Source: an uncultured virus (IMG/VR IMGVR_UViG_2808606651_000002)
Taxonomy: Duplodnaviria; Heunggongvirae; Uroviricota; Caudoviricetes
IMG/VR virus record: IMGVR_UViG_2808606651_000002
Strand: one strand, 5' to 3'
DNA length: 20,000 bases
Below are positions 9,279 through 17,350 of the stretch, piece by piece (positions within the stretch are counted from its first letter, which is position 1; every line of letters begins with the position of its first letter). Below the pieces are notes generated by a model that saw only the letters and a list, made by a program, of their open reading frames with translations, did not search any database and was not told the origin of the DNA. The translations under genes were made by a program, and so were the position numbers.

Positions 9279-9281
9279 AAT

Positions 9282-9521
9282 CTAATTGAAAAATAGTTTA
9301 AAGAATCCAGAAATACCTTTTAATACTAATTCTGTTTCTATTACTACTAAATATACAAAGCCACCAGTAACTACTGTTCCTATCATTCCTTTCAAGCCTA
9401 TTTTAAACATAGCAACAATAGCTAATGCAATTATTACCATTATTAAAATTGGGCCTGCAATTCTCCTAAACTCTGATAGTGCAGAATCTCCATTAATTGC
9501 CATTAACATTAAATCATTCAT
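9282..9521 (-). CDS. TcpD/ConC-like small 2-TM conjugation protein
   Basis: 79 aa, two hydrophobic helices, positioned between the TcpC-like and TcpE-like genes. Confidence 0.65.
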   Translation of the reverse strand: MNDLMLMAINGDSALSEFRRIAGPILIMVIIALAIVAMFKIGLKGMIGTVVTGGFVYLVVIETELVLKGISGFFKLFFN

Positions 9522-9539
9522 TTTATTTACCTCTCTTTT

Positions 9540-10625
9540 CTAATTATGTTCTAATTTCTCCACAAAATACTTATCATCTTTTACTATTATAGTTAATTTA
9601 AATTTTTCTCTAGTCGATAATTTAAAATCTTTTTCTTGAATAACTACTGTAGTTATTACTAAATATTTATCATTATCTTTATAGACTTCAAAATTTTCTA
9701 AAGTATTAAATTCTTTTCCTGATAAACTTTCAGGATTTTTCATTATATATTGCATTTCTTCTTTTTTATAAGTTGTATATTTTTTAAAGAAATCTTTTGT
9801 AAAACTTTCTAATTCCTGACGTTTATCTTTTTCTGTTTCTAATTTTACTTCTTTTTCTTGATATGATCCTGTCGCTGTATCTTTAGGAATATCAGAAAAA
9901 TAAGGAAAATCACAAACTAAATAATTATTATCAATTATTTTAACTGGTACATTTAATATTTCTTGTTTATTTTTTTTATTATCTTTATTCTTTAAAGTAT
10001 AACTAACAATATATTTATAAACCTGTACATCTTTTTCTTTATCTTCTACTGTATATAATCTTATAGAATTTAAAGAACGCTCTACATCTGATGTATCAGC
10101 TATATTATCTTTTAAATTTTCTAAAGATAATAGTTCTAAAGCTTTTTTTCTCTCTTGCTGTTTTTCTCTATCATAATTTATATATAATGTAGCAAAATTT
10201 TTAGCAAAATTATCTGTTCTTGCATTATATATAGGTATTCCCTGTATCTGATTTTCAATTTTTTCTATAGCATTTATATTATTAGATAATTTTATTTTAT
10301 CCATTCCCTTAGTCGCTATAAGAAAAATACTTGAAGATAATATAGAAAATACTATAAACCAAACTGTAAAAACAATAAATTTATTTTTACGTTTATTTAC
10401 TTCTAATTTTCTTGTAAATTCTTCTTGTTTTATATACTCTTTATTTTCACCTATTACTACATCTTTTGCTGTAGACATTATTTTATTAGGTTCTTGTTTT
10501 TTTCTTTGTTTTGCTAAAATCTTCTCTTGTTTTTTAGCTTGCTTTAATGCTTGCTTTTCTAATTTTATTCGCTGTTTTTCTTGTTGTTTTTCTATTTTCT
10601 TTTGTAACTTCTCTAAACTTGCCAT
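9540..10625 (-). CDS. TcpC/ConB/Orf13-family conjugal transfer protein (VirB8-like)
   Basis: Charged cytoplasmic N-terminus, one TM, then two NTF2-like halves (FAKNFATLYINY; LESFTKDFFKKY...KYFVEKL). Confidence 0.87.
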   Translation of the reverse strand: MASLEKLQKKIEKQQEKQRIKLEKQALKQAKKQEKILAKQRKKQEPNKIMSTAKDVVIGENKEYIKQEEFTRKLEVNKRKNKFIVFTVWFIVFSILSSSIFLIATKGMDKIKLSNNINAIEKIENQIQGIPIYNARTDNFAKNFATLYINYDREKQQERKKALELLSLENLKDNIADTSDVERSLNSIRLYTVEDKEKDVQVYKYIVSYTLKNKDNKKNKQEILNVPVKIIDNNYLVCDFPYFSDIPKDTATGSYQEKEVKLETEKDKRQELESFTKDFFKKYTTYKKEEMQYIMKNPESLSGKEFNTLENFEVYKDNDKYLVITTVVIQEKDFKLSTREKFKLTIIVKDDKYFVEKLEHN

Positions 10626-10990
10626 TATTCATACCTTATATAATCTTCCGCAAATCGTTGATTAAACGGATTTTCAATCTGCTCATTTTGTTTTTCTTTA
10701 AAATCAATTATTTTTACTTTATCAGCCACTACATTATAACTATATATTTTTATTCCATTTTTCTCATAGTTATTATTTTGTAATGTACCTGTTATTATTA
10801 CTCTACCTTTTGATTTTAAATAATTAAATAAATACTTTGCACTATTTCCAAAAACAACTACATCTATAAAATTAGTTTTTTCTTTATTTTCTTCTACCGC
10901 TAAAGAAAATCTTAACATCTCTTTACCTGCAGAAGTAAAATTCAACTCTAAATCTTTTGTAACTCTTCCCATTAAAATTACCTGATTCAT
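10625..10990 (-). CDS. ssb: Single-stranded DNA-binding protein
   Basis: MNQVILMGRVTKDLEL...FSLAV...NFIDVVVFG..A...KG..V..TGTLQ OB-fold; TAATG overlap with the TcpC-like start. Confidence 0.92.
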   Translation of the reverse strand: MNQVILMGRVTKDLELNFTSAGKEMLRFSLAVEENKEKTNFIDVVVFGNSAKYLFNYLKSKGRVIITGTLQNNNYEKNGIKIYSYNVVADKVKIIDFKEKQNEQIENPFNQRFAEDYIRYE

Positions 10991-11034
10991 CTTCTATCCT
11001 ACCCCTTTCATTTTCTAATGAATATTTATCAAAC

Positions 11035-11184
11035 TCATGGTTTTTTACCAGTTTTTAAAAACTTTAAAAATTGTTCTATATTACTTATATTACTTTTTTT
11101 CAAATAATAAATTAATAAAATTACACTTAATATTATTAAAAAATAAATCATCAACTGTATTTTTTTATTACCTTGAAAAATCAT
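11035..11184 (-). CDS. Possible 49-aa single-TM peptide (not in ORF track)
   Basis: Hand translation MIFQGNKKIQLMIYFLIILSVILLIYYLKKSNISNIEQFLKFLKTGKKP fills the gap in the operon; RBS is weak. Confidence 0.3.
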   Translation of the reverse strand: MIFQGNKKIQLMIYFLIILSVILLIYYLKKSNISNIEQFLKFLKTGKKP

Positions 11185-11195
11185 AATTTTATTTA

Positions 11196-11429
11196 CTAAC
11201 CTATACACTCTAATAACTCTCTTTGATATTTATTTATTACCATTTTACAATCATCTTCATTATGAAAATATCCTAACTCACTAACTAAATTTTTATTTGA
11301 TTTTACTAATATCATATCTACTTTATTACTTTGAACTACTATATAATATCTATATTCTTTTTCTGAACTTTTTAAATTTAACTTTTTACTTATTTGTTTT
11401 ACGTGTTCTAATATGTTCATTCTTTTCAA
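11196..11429 (-). CDS. Hypothetical protein (paralog of 11433-11723)
   Basis: 77 aa, AGGAG RBS overlapping the upstream stop; YY...LGYFHNEDDC...KYQ motif. Confidence 0.75.
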   Translation of the reverse strand: MKRMNILEHVKQISKKLNLKSSEKEYRYYIVVQSNKVDMILVKSNKNLVSELGYFHNEDDCKMVINKYQRELLECIG

Positions 11430-11432
11430 CTC

Positions 11433-11723
11433 CTAGTCCCAATACCCATATTCATTTAATTCTAATATTTTCTTTTGATACTTTTCTCTTGCTTTTTGAC
11501 AATCTCCCAAATTATTAAAATATCCTAATAAAACAAATGTATTTGTTTGTTTATTTTCTATTTCTATTGATACTGTATTGTTTAATATTGCTAAATAATA
11601 TTTACTGCTTTCTTCATATTTATGTTTTTCATTGCATTTATTTTTATATTCTTTAAATTCTTTTATAAATTGCTCAAAATCATTTAATGTAGGTCTTTTT
11701 TTTCTCAAATTGTTCACTTCCAT
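11433..11723 (-). CDS. Hypothetical protein (paralog of 11196-11429)
   Basis: 96 aa; YY...LGYFNNLGDC...KYQ motif. Confidence 0.72.
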   Translation of the reverse strand: MEVNNLRKKRPTLNDFEQFIKEFKEYKNKCNEKHKYEESSKYYLAILNNTVSIEIENKQTNTFVLLGYFNNLGDCQKAREKYQKKILELNEYGYWD

Positions 11724-11756
11724 TTATACTTTTTCTTTTTCTTTTTATCACTCCTC

Positions 11757-11820
11757 AAATTAAATATATCTAAAATAAAGATAGTCAGTTAAACCAACTA
11801 CCTTTATTTATATTTAATTT
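11757..11820 (-). terminator. Terminator-like hairpin after the adhesin gene
   Basis: Minus strand AAATAAAGGTAGTTGG...CTGACTATCTTTATTT, whose mismatches are G-U pairs on the minus strand only; outer AAATTAAATAT/ATATTTAATTT arms. Confidence 0.7.
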
Positions 11821-14805
11821 TTATTTCACTTTTCTTTTTATTCCAAAGAAACCTAATACAAAAGTTAGTAAAGTCATTAAAATATAACCTAACATATTAT
11901 TATATCCTTGTGAATTTTCTTTTACTGCTGATGTTTTAGGTAATGTTTTTTCTTTTGGCTTCTCTTTTTCTTTTGGTTGTTCTGGTTTTGGTGGCTGTTC
12001 TTTTTTAGGTACATTATTAACTACTACCTCACTTTCATAACCATTACCAAAATCAATTTGATATGCTTTATTTTCATATTTACCACCATTAGAATTAAAA
12101 TCTTCTTTTACTTTCATAGGTGATGTTATATGAATACTATTACCTTTTACTACATATTTTTCAAAAAATTCTTCTGGATTATCAACTGTAAATAATTGAT
12201 AAGCACCTTTAGGAGTTATCCCTGCTTTTTTAAGCATTTCTTGTACTTCTTTAGGTGATTTTTCTAAACTTTCATAAGATTTTACTGTAATTCCTTTTAC
12301 TTCATCATTATTAGAATCTACAATTTTTACATCTTTTTCTAATAATTCTAATGCTTCTTCTGGATAATCATCTACATAATAAAATCCTTTTTTAATATCT
12401 TCTTTTGTCGCTTTAATTCCTTTATATTGGTCTAAATCCCATAATAATTTATAATAATTAATTGAACCTCTTTCAACTTGTTTCCCATCAATTAAAACTC
12501 CATCTTTATTATAATTATGTTTTTCAGGTTTGATCAAATTATTATTAGGATTATCTTCATCATTAGGTTTACCTGGTGTACTTACCTTAACAATATTAGA
12601 ATATACTTCATAATCATTATTAATTGTTAAACTAAAATTATTTTTATAAGTTGCACCATCATTTATTACTGTACCTACCAATGTTGGAATAGGTGCTAAA
12701 ATAGATTTTGTTAAATCTTTATTCAACTGTTCTAATAATTTTGCTGTCGCTGATAAAGTAACTGTATGAGTATCTTTATTATAAGATAAATCATAATCTT
12801 TACTTTCTTCTTTTGTTTTTTCAACATCTAAAATATAGCCTTTAGGTAAACTATCTTTAATTACATACTTGTCAATTTCTTTTCTTCCTGCAGGTAATTC
12901 TTTTGTTCTTAATTCCCATTTAACAGTGCTTAATTTTGATACATACTGATTATTGATATCTTGATTTTCAACATTTTTTACTTGTTTTTCAATATTAGGT
13001 ACTACATTTACTTTATAATAATTATATTTAACAGTAACTACATCTAAAGTTTTTGGAACTTCTTTATAAACTGGGTCATCTGGTTTTGGTGGTTCTACTT
13101 TTAATTCTTCTAAAGTTGGTTTATCTGGTAATGGTTTTTCATTTTCATAAACTGGTTCTTTAGGTGGTTGATTATAAACAAAACTTTTTAATTCTGAACT
13201 CTTACCAAATAAATTAAAAGCTATAGCATATAAATCACCTTGTTTATGAGTGTTATAAAATTTTCTAGCTTGATTATCATAATCTCTTCCTAATTGGTCT
13301 CTTACTAAACTTTCCTTATCTTTATCATAAGAATAATGTGTATAAGTCAGACTACTTCCCATTCCTACTGTTAAAAATGTTCCCTCTGGGGTAGATTCAA
13401 AATTCTTATATGAAGCACTTAAATTAGAATACATAACACCGTTTTTTTCTCTTAAATTAGATGAATGAGGTGCTACAGTTCCTACATTTTTATCAAAATC
13501 AACTCTTGAACCTTGACCCCAATCGACATCACCTACTACTGTTCCATATCCTATTTTTAATGGATTTCCATTATCATCTACAAAATCAAATTTTAATTTA
13601 AAAGTTTTCATATTTTGATAATCAAAATAAAAACCTCCACCAGTTGCATAACTTACACTAAACTCTTGATTAATTGTAGGCTTACCATTTTTAACTGTAC
13701 CCATTGGCTCACCTACCTCTACAGTTACAATAGCATGTACTTTTCTTCCGTCAAGAGTTTCACCCATATTAGTTATTTTAAATTTATCTCCTGTTTTTAC
13801 ATTAGAAAATTTAACCCATTTACCTGATTCTGTATTAGGTAAACCATAATCTTTATCCAATACTAAACTATCAGTTATTTTCTCTAATTGTGTATCTGGA
13901 TTCCAATCTAAACCATTTTTTAAAGTTACTGTATTAGTCTTTTCTGTATCATTTACAACTAATATATCTTTATAATATGCTAAACTTCCTTTACCTGCTT
14001 CATTAAATGTACCATAAACTGAAATTCCATCTTTTGAAAATAATAAAGGTTTACCTTTAATTAAAGTATCTTTTTCTTTTTCTTGTTCTTCACGCATTTT
14101 TTTATAAATTGCTAAATCACGTTCATATTTTTCTTTTTTCTCTTGATTGCGTTTTACTATATCTAAATTTTCTTTTGTGATTCTATCAACTTCATTATTA
14201 TAATCAGTTGTTTTCTTTTCATTTTCTGATTTTATTTCTTCGTTTTTATTTTTTACTTCTTCTAACTTTTTATTATATTCTGATAAAGCTTTTTCATAAG
14301 CTATTTTTTTATCTTCATTTTCTTTTGTTACTTTTGAAATTTCTTCTTGATTTTTTTGTTTATCTTTTAAATAAGTTTCAGTTTTATTACTTATTTCTTC
14401 GGCTTTCTTCTTATATTCTTCTTGTACTTCTTTTGTTACTTTTGATAATTCTTCAGTAGATTTAACTGTACCTTTATCTACTATTTCTGATTTTTCTACT
14501 TTTACTCCACCATTAACAGCTTTTTCTACTGCCTTTTCTAATTCTGGAGATTTTAAATTTACTTCTACAGAACCTTGACTTTGATTCACCTTACCTTGTG
14601 AATTATTTGCTTCTGGGGTAGATTCAGGTTGTTTAGTAACTGAATTTGTTGCAGGATTATCTGTTTTATCTACATCACTAGCAAAGGCTTCATTATCTGT
14701 TGCTAATCCTATTGCTACTGCTGTTGCTAATCCTAATCCTACTGATACCAAATTTTTATACTTTTTACTCTTTCTTAATGTATATTTTTCTTCTGGTTTT
14801 ATCAT
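11821..14805 (-). CDS. Antigen I/II-family (SpaP/SspB/PrgB-like) cell-wall-anchored adhesin, putative aggregation protein
   Basis: YSIRK-like signal, DNPATN, helical A region, V domain, Pro-rich P region, C domains (LPAGR, NDGATYKNNF, WDLDQYK, GFYYVDDYPEEAL, AYQIDFGNGY), LPKTS plus TM plus basic tail. Confidence 0.92.
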   Translation of the reverse strand: MIKPEEKYTLRKSKKYKNLVSVGLGLATAVAIGLATDNEAFASDVDKTDNPATNSVTKQPESTPEANNSQGKVNQSQGSVEVNLKSPELEKAVEKAVNGGVKVEKSEIVDKGTVKSTEELSKVTKEVQEEYKKKAEEISNKTETYLKDKQKNQEEISKVTKENEDKKIAYEKALSEYNKKLEEVKNKNEEIKSENEKKTTDYNNEVDRITKENLDIVKRNQEKKEKYERDLAIYKKMREEQEKEKDTLIKGKPLLFSKDGISVYGTFNEAGKGSLAYYKDILVVNDTEKTNTVTLKNGLDWNPDTQLEKITDSLVLDKDYGLPNTESGKWVKFSNVKTGDKFKITNMGETLDGRKVHAIVTVEVGEPMGTVKNGKPTINQEFSVSYATGGGFYFDYQNMKTFKLKFDFVDDNGNPLKIGYGTVVGDVDWGQGSRVDFDKNVGTVAPHSSNLREKNGVMYSNLSASYKNFESTPEGTFLTVGMGSSLTYTHYSYDKDKESLVRDQLGRDYDNQARKFYNTHKQGDLYAIAFNLFGKSSELKSFVYNQPPKEPVYENEKPLPDKPTLEELKVEPPKPDDPVYKEVPKTLDVVTVKYNYYKVNVVPNIEKQVKNVENQDINNQYVSKLSTVKWELRTKELPAGRKEIDKYVIKDSLPKGYILDVEKTKEESKDYDLSYNKDTHTVTLSATAKLLEQLNKDLTKSILAPIPTLVGTVINDGATYKNNFSLTINNDYEVYSNIVKVSTPGKPNDEDNPNNNLIKPEKHNYNKDGVLIDGKQVERGSINYYKLLWDLDQYKGIKATKEDIKKGFYYVDDYPEEALELLEKDVKIVDSNNDEVKGITVKSYESLEKSPKEVQEMLKKAGITPKGAYQLFTVDNPEEFFEKYVVKGNSIHITSPMKVKEDFNSNGGKYENKAYQIDFGNGYESEVVVNNVPKKEQPPKPEQPKEKEKPKEKTLPKTSAVKENSQGYNNMLGYILMTLLTFVLGFFGIKRKVK
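14677..14789. repeat. 113-bp direct repeat, copy A (signal-peptide coding); copy B at 17184-17296
   Basis: Manual alignment: 107/113 identical, all 6 differences synonymous. Confidence 0.92.
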
Positions 14806-14851
14806 ACTATATCCTTTCTTTTTTTTAATTGATCACTTTAGTGAATAATTT

Positions 14852-14881
14852 AAAAAAAGGGTAAAATTTTCTCTTACCCTT
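14852..14881 (-). terminator. Intrinsic terminator between the surface-exclusion and adhesin genes
   Basis: Minus strand AAGGGTAAGA-GAAAA-TTTTACCCTT-TTTTT. Confidence 0.75.
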
Positions 14882-14894
14882 GTTCTAAAAAATA

Positions 14895-17306
14895 CTAAAT
14901 TCTATTTCTTCTATATAGTCCAAATATTAAAATCAACAATAGAACACCTAAAAAACTTGATAAAATTGTTGTTGCTTCTCCTGTTTTAGCAAGAGAACCT
15001 GAACTTAAAACATTATTATTTTCTAAATTACCTTTATTTTTTAATTCTTTTGCTAATTTTTCTAACTCTAATGATTTTTGTTGTTTATTATATTCTGATA
15101 ACAACAACGTATATTTATCTTGTAATTCTTTTTCTTGAACTTTTAATTGTTCTAATTTAGTTTTCTCTACTAATAATTTTGCTTCTAACATTTCTTGTTG
15201 TTTTGTTGTTTCTTCTAACAATGCAGGAGCATTTTGTAATTTATTTAAATAAACTTTTGTTTCCTCTAATTTATTTTCTAAATTACCTATTACTTGCTGT
15301 TGCTCTTTAATTTCTTGTTGTTTTACTTTTATATCTGCTTCTAATCTATTAAAATCAAAAACAACATTATCATAAACAACTTGTTTTTCCTGCTGTTGTT
15401 CTTTAATTTCTTTTAATTCTTTTTCTGCTACTTCTAATGCTTGTTGTTTTACTTTTATATCTGCACTTAAATTATCATAATTTATTTGTGCTTGTTCCTG
15501 AATTTCAGTATTTTTCTCTAATTCTTTTTGTGATTCTTTTAAATTTAATTCTGCTTGTTGAGTTAATTCTTTTGTTGCTAATACATTATTTAAATTATTT
15601 GCAACTTCTTTCAAAGTATTTTGAGTAACACTTAATACACTTTTTGCATTTTCTTTTGCTTGTTGTTTCTGAATATTATTATTATCTTTTATATCATAAT
15701 CAGATTTTGCTGTATCTAATACTGCTCTTAATTGTTCTGGTGTACGAGTTTGAGGTATTTCTTTTACATCAAAATTATTTTTAGTTGAATTTCTAACTTC
15801 TTCTTCACTTACAGTAATAAAATGAACTCCTGTACCTTGTGAAACAGAAAAATCAACACCTAAATAATCTTTTTGAGGATTATTATAATTAATCCCTGCA
15901 ATACTTTGAGCGTGCAACCATTCTGTACCATTTAACATAAATTTTAAAACAGCATTATACAATAACTCTTTTAATGCACCTTTTGAAAGCTTTTTATCAG
16001 TATTTGATATACCATAAAGATTTTCATAAAACTGACCTTGACTCATTCCATACTCACTAGCTACTTTTGATATGCCAGCTTCATTATGACCTTTATATAC
16101 ACCAAAATTACTATTAACATATTCATCAGCTACTTTTTTAGCAAAATCTATAGCTGAACTTGTTACTACAGTATTTTTAGTACCGAATTGTTTTCTAATT
16201 TGATTAACTAAATCACTTGCAAATAATGATAATTCTTTTCTTACTTCATCTGATAAATTATTTACATCTAACAATGTATCATCATCATTTTTATTTTTCT
16301 TATAAGTATTTAATTTTAATAATTTTTCATTTTCTGATTTTAATACTTCTTTAGCTTTATCTCTTGTAGATTCAGGTAAACTATAATCCATATAAGTTTT
16401 TAAAGCCTGCACATATTCATCACTTAAAACAATATTATTAATACTATCTACATCATTTTGAGCCTTAACTAGCTCTTTTTTAGCTTCTTCTAATGCTTTT
16501 TGAGTTGCTTCTGCCTCTTGTGTTTTTACTAATAAATCTTGTTTTTGTTCTGATACTTGATTTTCTAATTTATCTTTTTCAGAAGTTAAATTATCAATTT
16601 TATCTTGTCTTTCTTTATCAAGCTTTTTAGCTTCTTCTAATGCTTTTTCTTTATTTACAACATTTTCTTTTGCTAAAGCTAATTTTTTATTAGCTTCTTC
16701 TAATGCTTTAATTACTTTATCTGCATTAGTTCCAGATAATATATCTTTAGCATTTTGTAATTTAGATTCTGCTTCTTGTGTTTTTAATTTAGATTGTTCT
16801 AATATTTTTTTAGCTTTTTCTACTTTCGATAATGCTTCTTGTTTTTCCTGCTGTTTTGTTGCTTCTTGACCTTTTAAAACTGATAATTTTTCATTTTCTG
16901 ATTCTATTTCTTCGTTTTTATTTTTTATATCTTTATTTGTTCTTTCGATATTTTCTGGTGTAGATTCTTTTGAAAGTTTCTCTAATTCAGTTTTTTCTTT
17001 CGTTACTTTTGATAATTCTTTATTAATACTATCTACTATACCTGATTGTTCTTTTACTTGACCTTTTACATTATCTAAATTTGATTTTGCTGTAGATACT
17101 TCTTCTTTAGTTACTACTTTAGATTCAGTTTTTTCAACATTTTGTTTAATACTCTCAACTGTAGAATTATTTACTACTTCATTACTAGCAAAGGCTTCAT
17201 TGTCTGTTGCTAGTCCTATTGCTACTGCTGTTGCTAATCCTAATCCTACCGATACCAAGTTTTTATATTTTTTGCTCTTTCTTAATGTATATTTTTGTGT
17301 ACTCAT
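14895..17306 (-). CDS. Sec10/PrgA-like surface-exclusion protein (coiled-coil stalk with CAP-like head), sortase anchored
   Basis: Long coiled coils flank ELSLFASDLVNQIRKQFG...GHNEAGI...GQFYENL...FMLNGTEWLHAQSIAG; LAKTG plus TM plus RRNR. Confidence 0.88.
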   Translation of the reverse strand: MSTQKYTLRKSKKYKNLVSVGLGLATAVAIGLATDNEAFASNEVVNNSTVESIKQNVEKTESKVVTKEEVSTAKSNLDNVKGQVKEQSGIVDSINKELSKVTKEKTELEKLSKESTPENIERTNKDIKNKNEEIESENEKLSVLKGQEATKQQEKQEALSKVEKAKKILEQSKLKTQEAESKLQNAKDILSGTNADKVIKALEEANKKLALAKENVVNKEKALEEAKKLDKERQDKIDNLTSEKDKLENQVSEQKQDLLVKTQEAEATQKALEEAKKELVKAQNDVDSINNIVLSDEYVQALKTYMDYSLPESTRDKAKEVLKSENEKLLKLNTYKKNKNDDDTLLDVNNLSDEVRKELSLFASDLVNQIRKQFGTKNTVVTSSAIDFAKKVADEYVNSNFGVYKGHNEAGISKVASEYGMSQGQFYENLYGISNTDKKLSKGALKELLYNAVLKFMLNGTEWLHAQSIAGINYNNPQKDYLGVDFSVSQGTGVHFITVSEEEVRNSTKNNFDVKEIPQTRTPEQLRAVLDTAKSDYDIKDNNNIQKQQAKENAKSVLSVTQNTLKEVANNLNNVLATKELTQQAELNLKESQKELEKNTEIQEQAQINYDNLSADIKVKQQALEVAEKELKEIKEQQQEKQVVYDNVVFDFNRLEADIKVKQQEIKEQQQVIGNLENKLEETKVYLNKLQNAPALLEETTKQQEMLEAKLLVEKTKLEQLKVQEKELQDKYTLLLSEYNKQQKSLELEKLAKELKNKGNLENNNVLSSGSLAKTGEATTILSSFLGVLLLILIFGLYRRNRI
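14945..14993. repeat. 49-bp direct repeat, copy A (sortase-anchor coding); copy B at 17395-17443
   Basis: 48/49 identical; encodes LAKTGEATTILSS(F/L)LG. Confidence 0.92.
17184..17296. repeat. 113-bp direct repeat, copy B
   Basis: Matches 14677-14789; encodes KYTLRKSKKYKNLVSVGLGLATAVAIGLATDNEAFAS. Confidence 0.92.
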
Positions 17307-17350
17307 AATATTCTTTTCTAACTCCTATCTTTTTTCTATAAAATTTTTTA

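Noticed and set aside
9286..9543. Plus-strand 85-aa ORF
   Set aside because: Antisense to the TcpD-like gene, which fits the operon.
10547..11518. Plus-strand ORFs 10547-10783 and 11297-11518
   Set aside because: Phe/Leu-rich artefacts of reading A-rich minus-strand genes backwards.
13615..15628. Plus-strand ORFs 13615-13827, 14208-14459 and 15437-15628
   Set aside because: Antisense within well-supported surface-protein genes.
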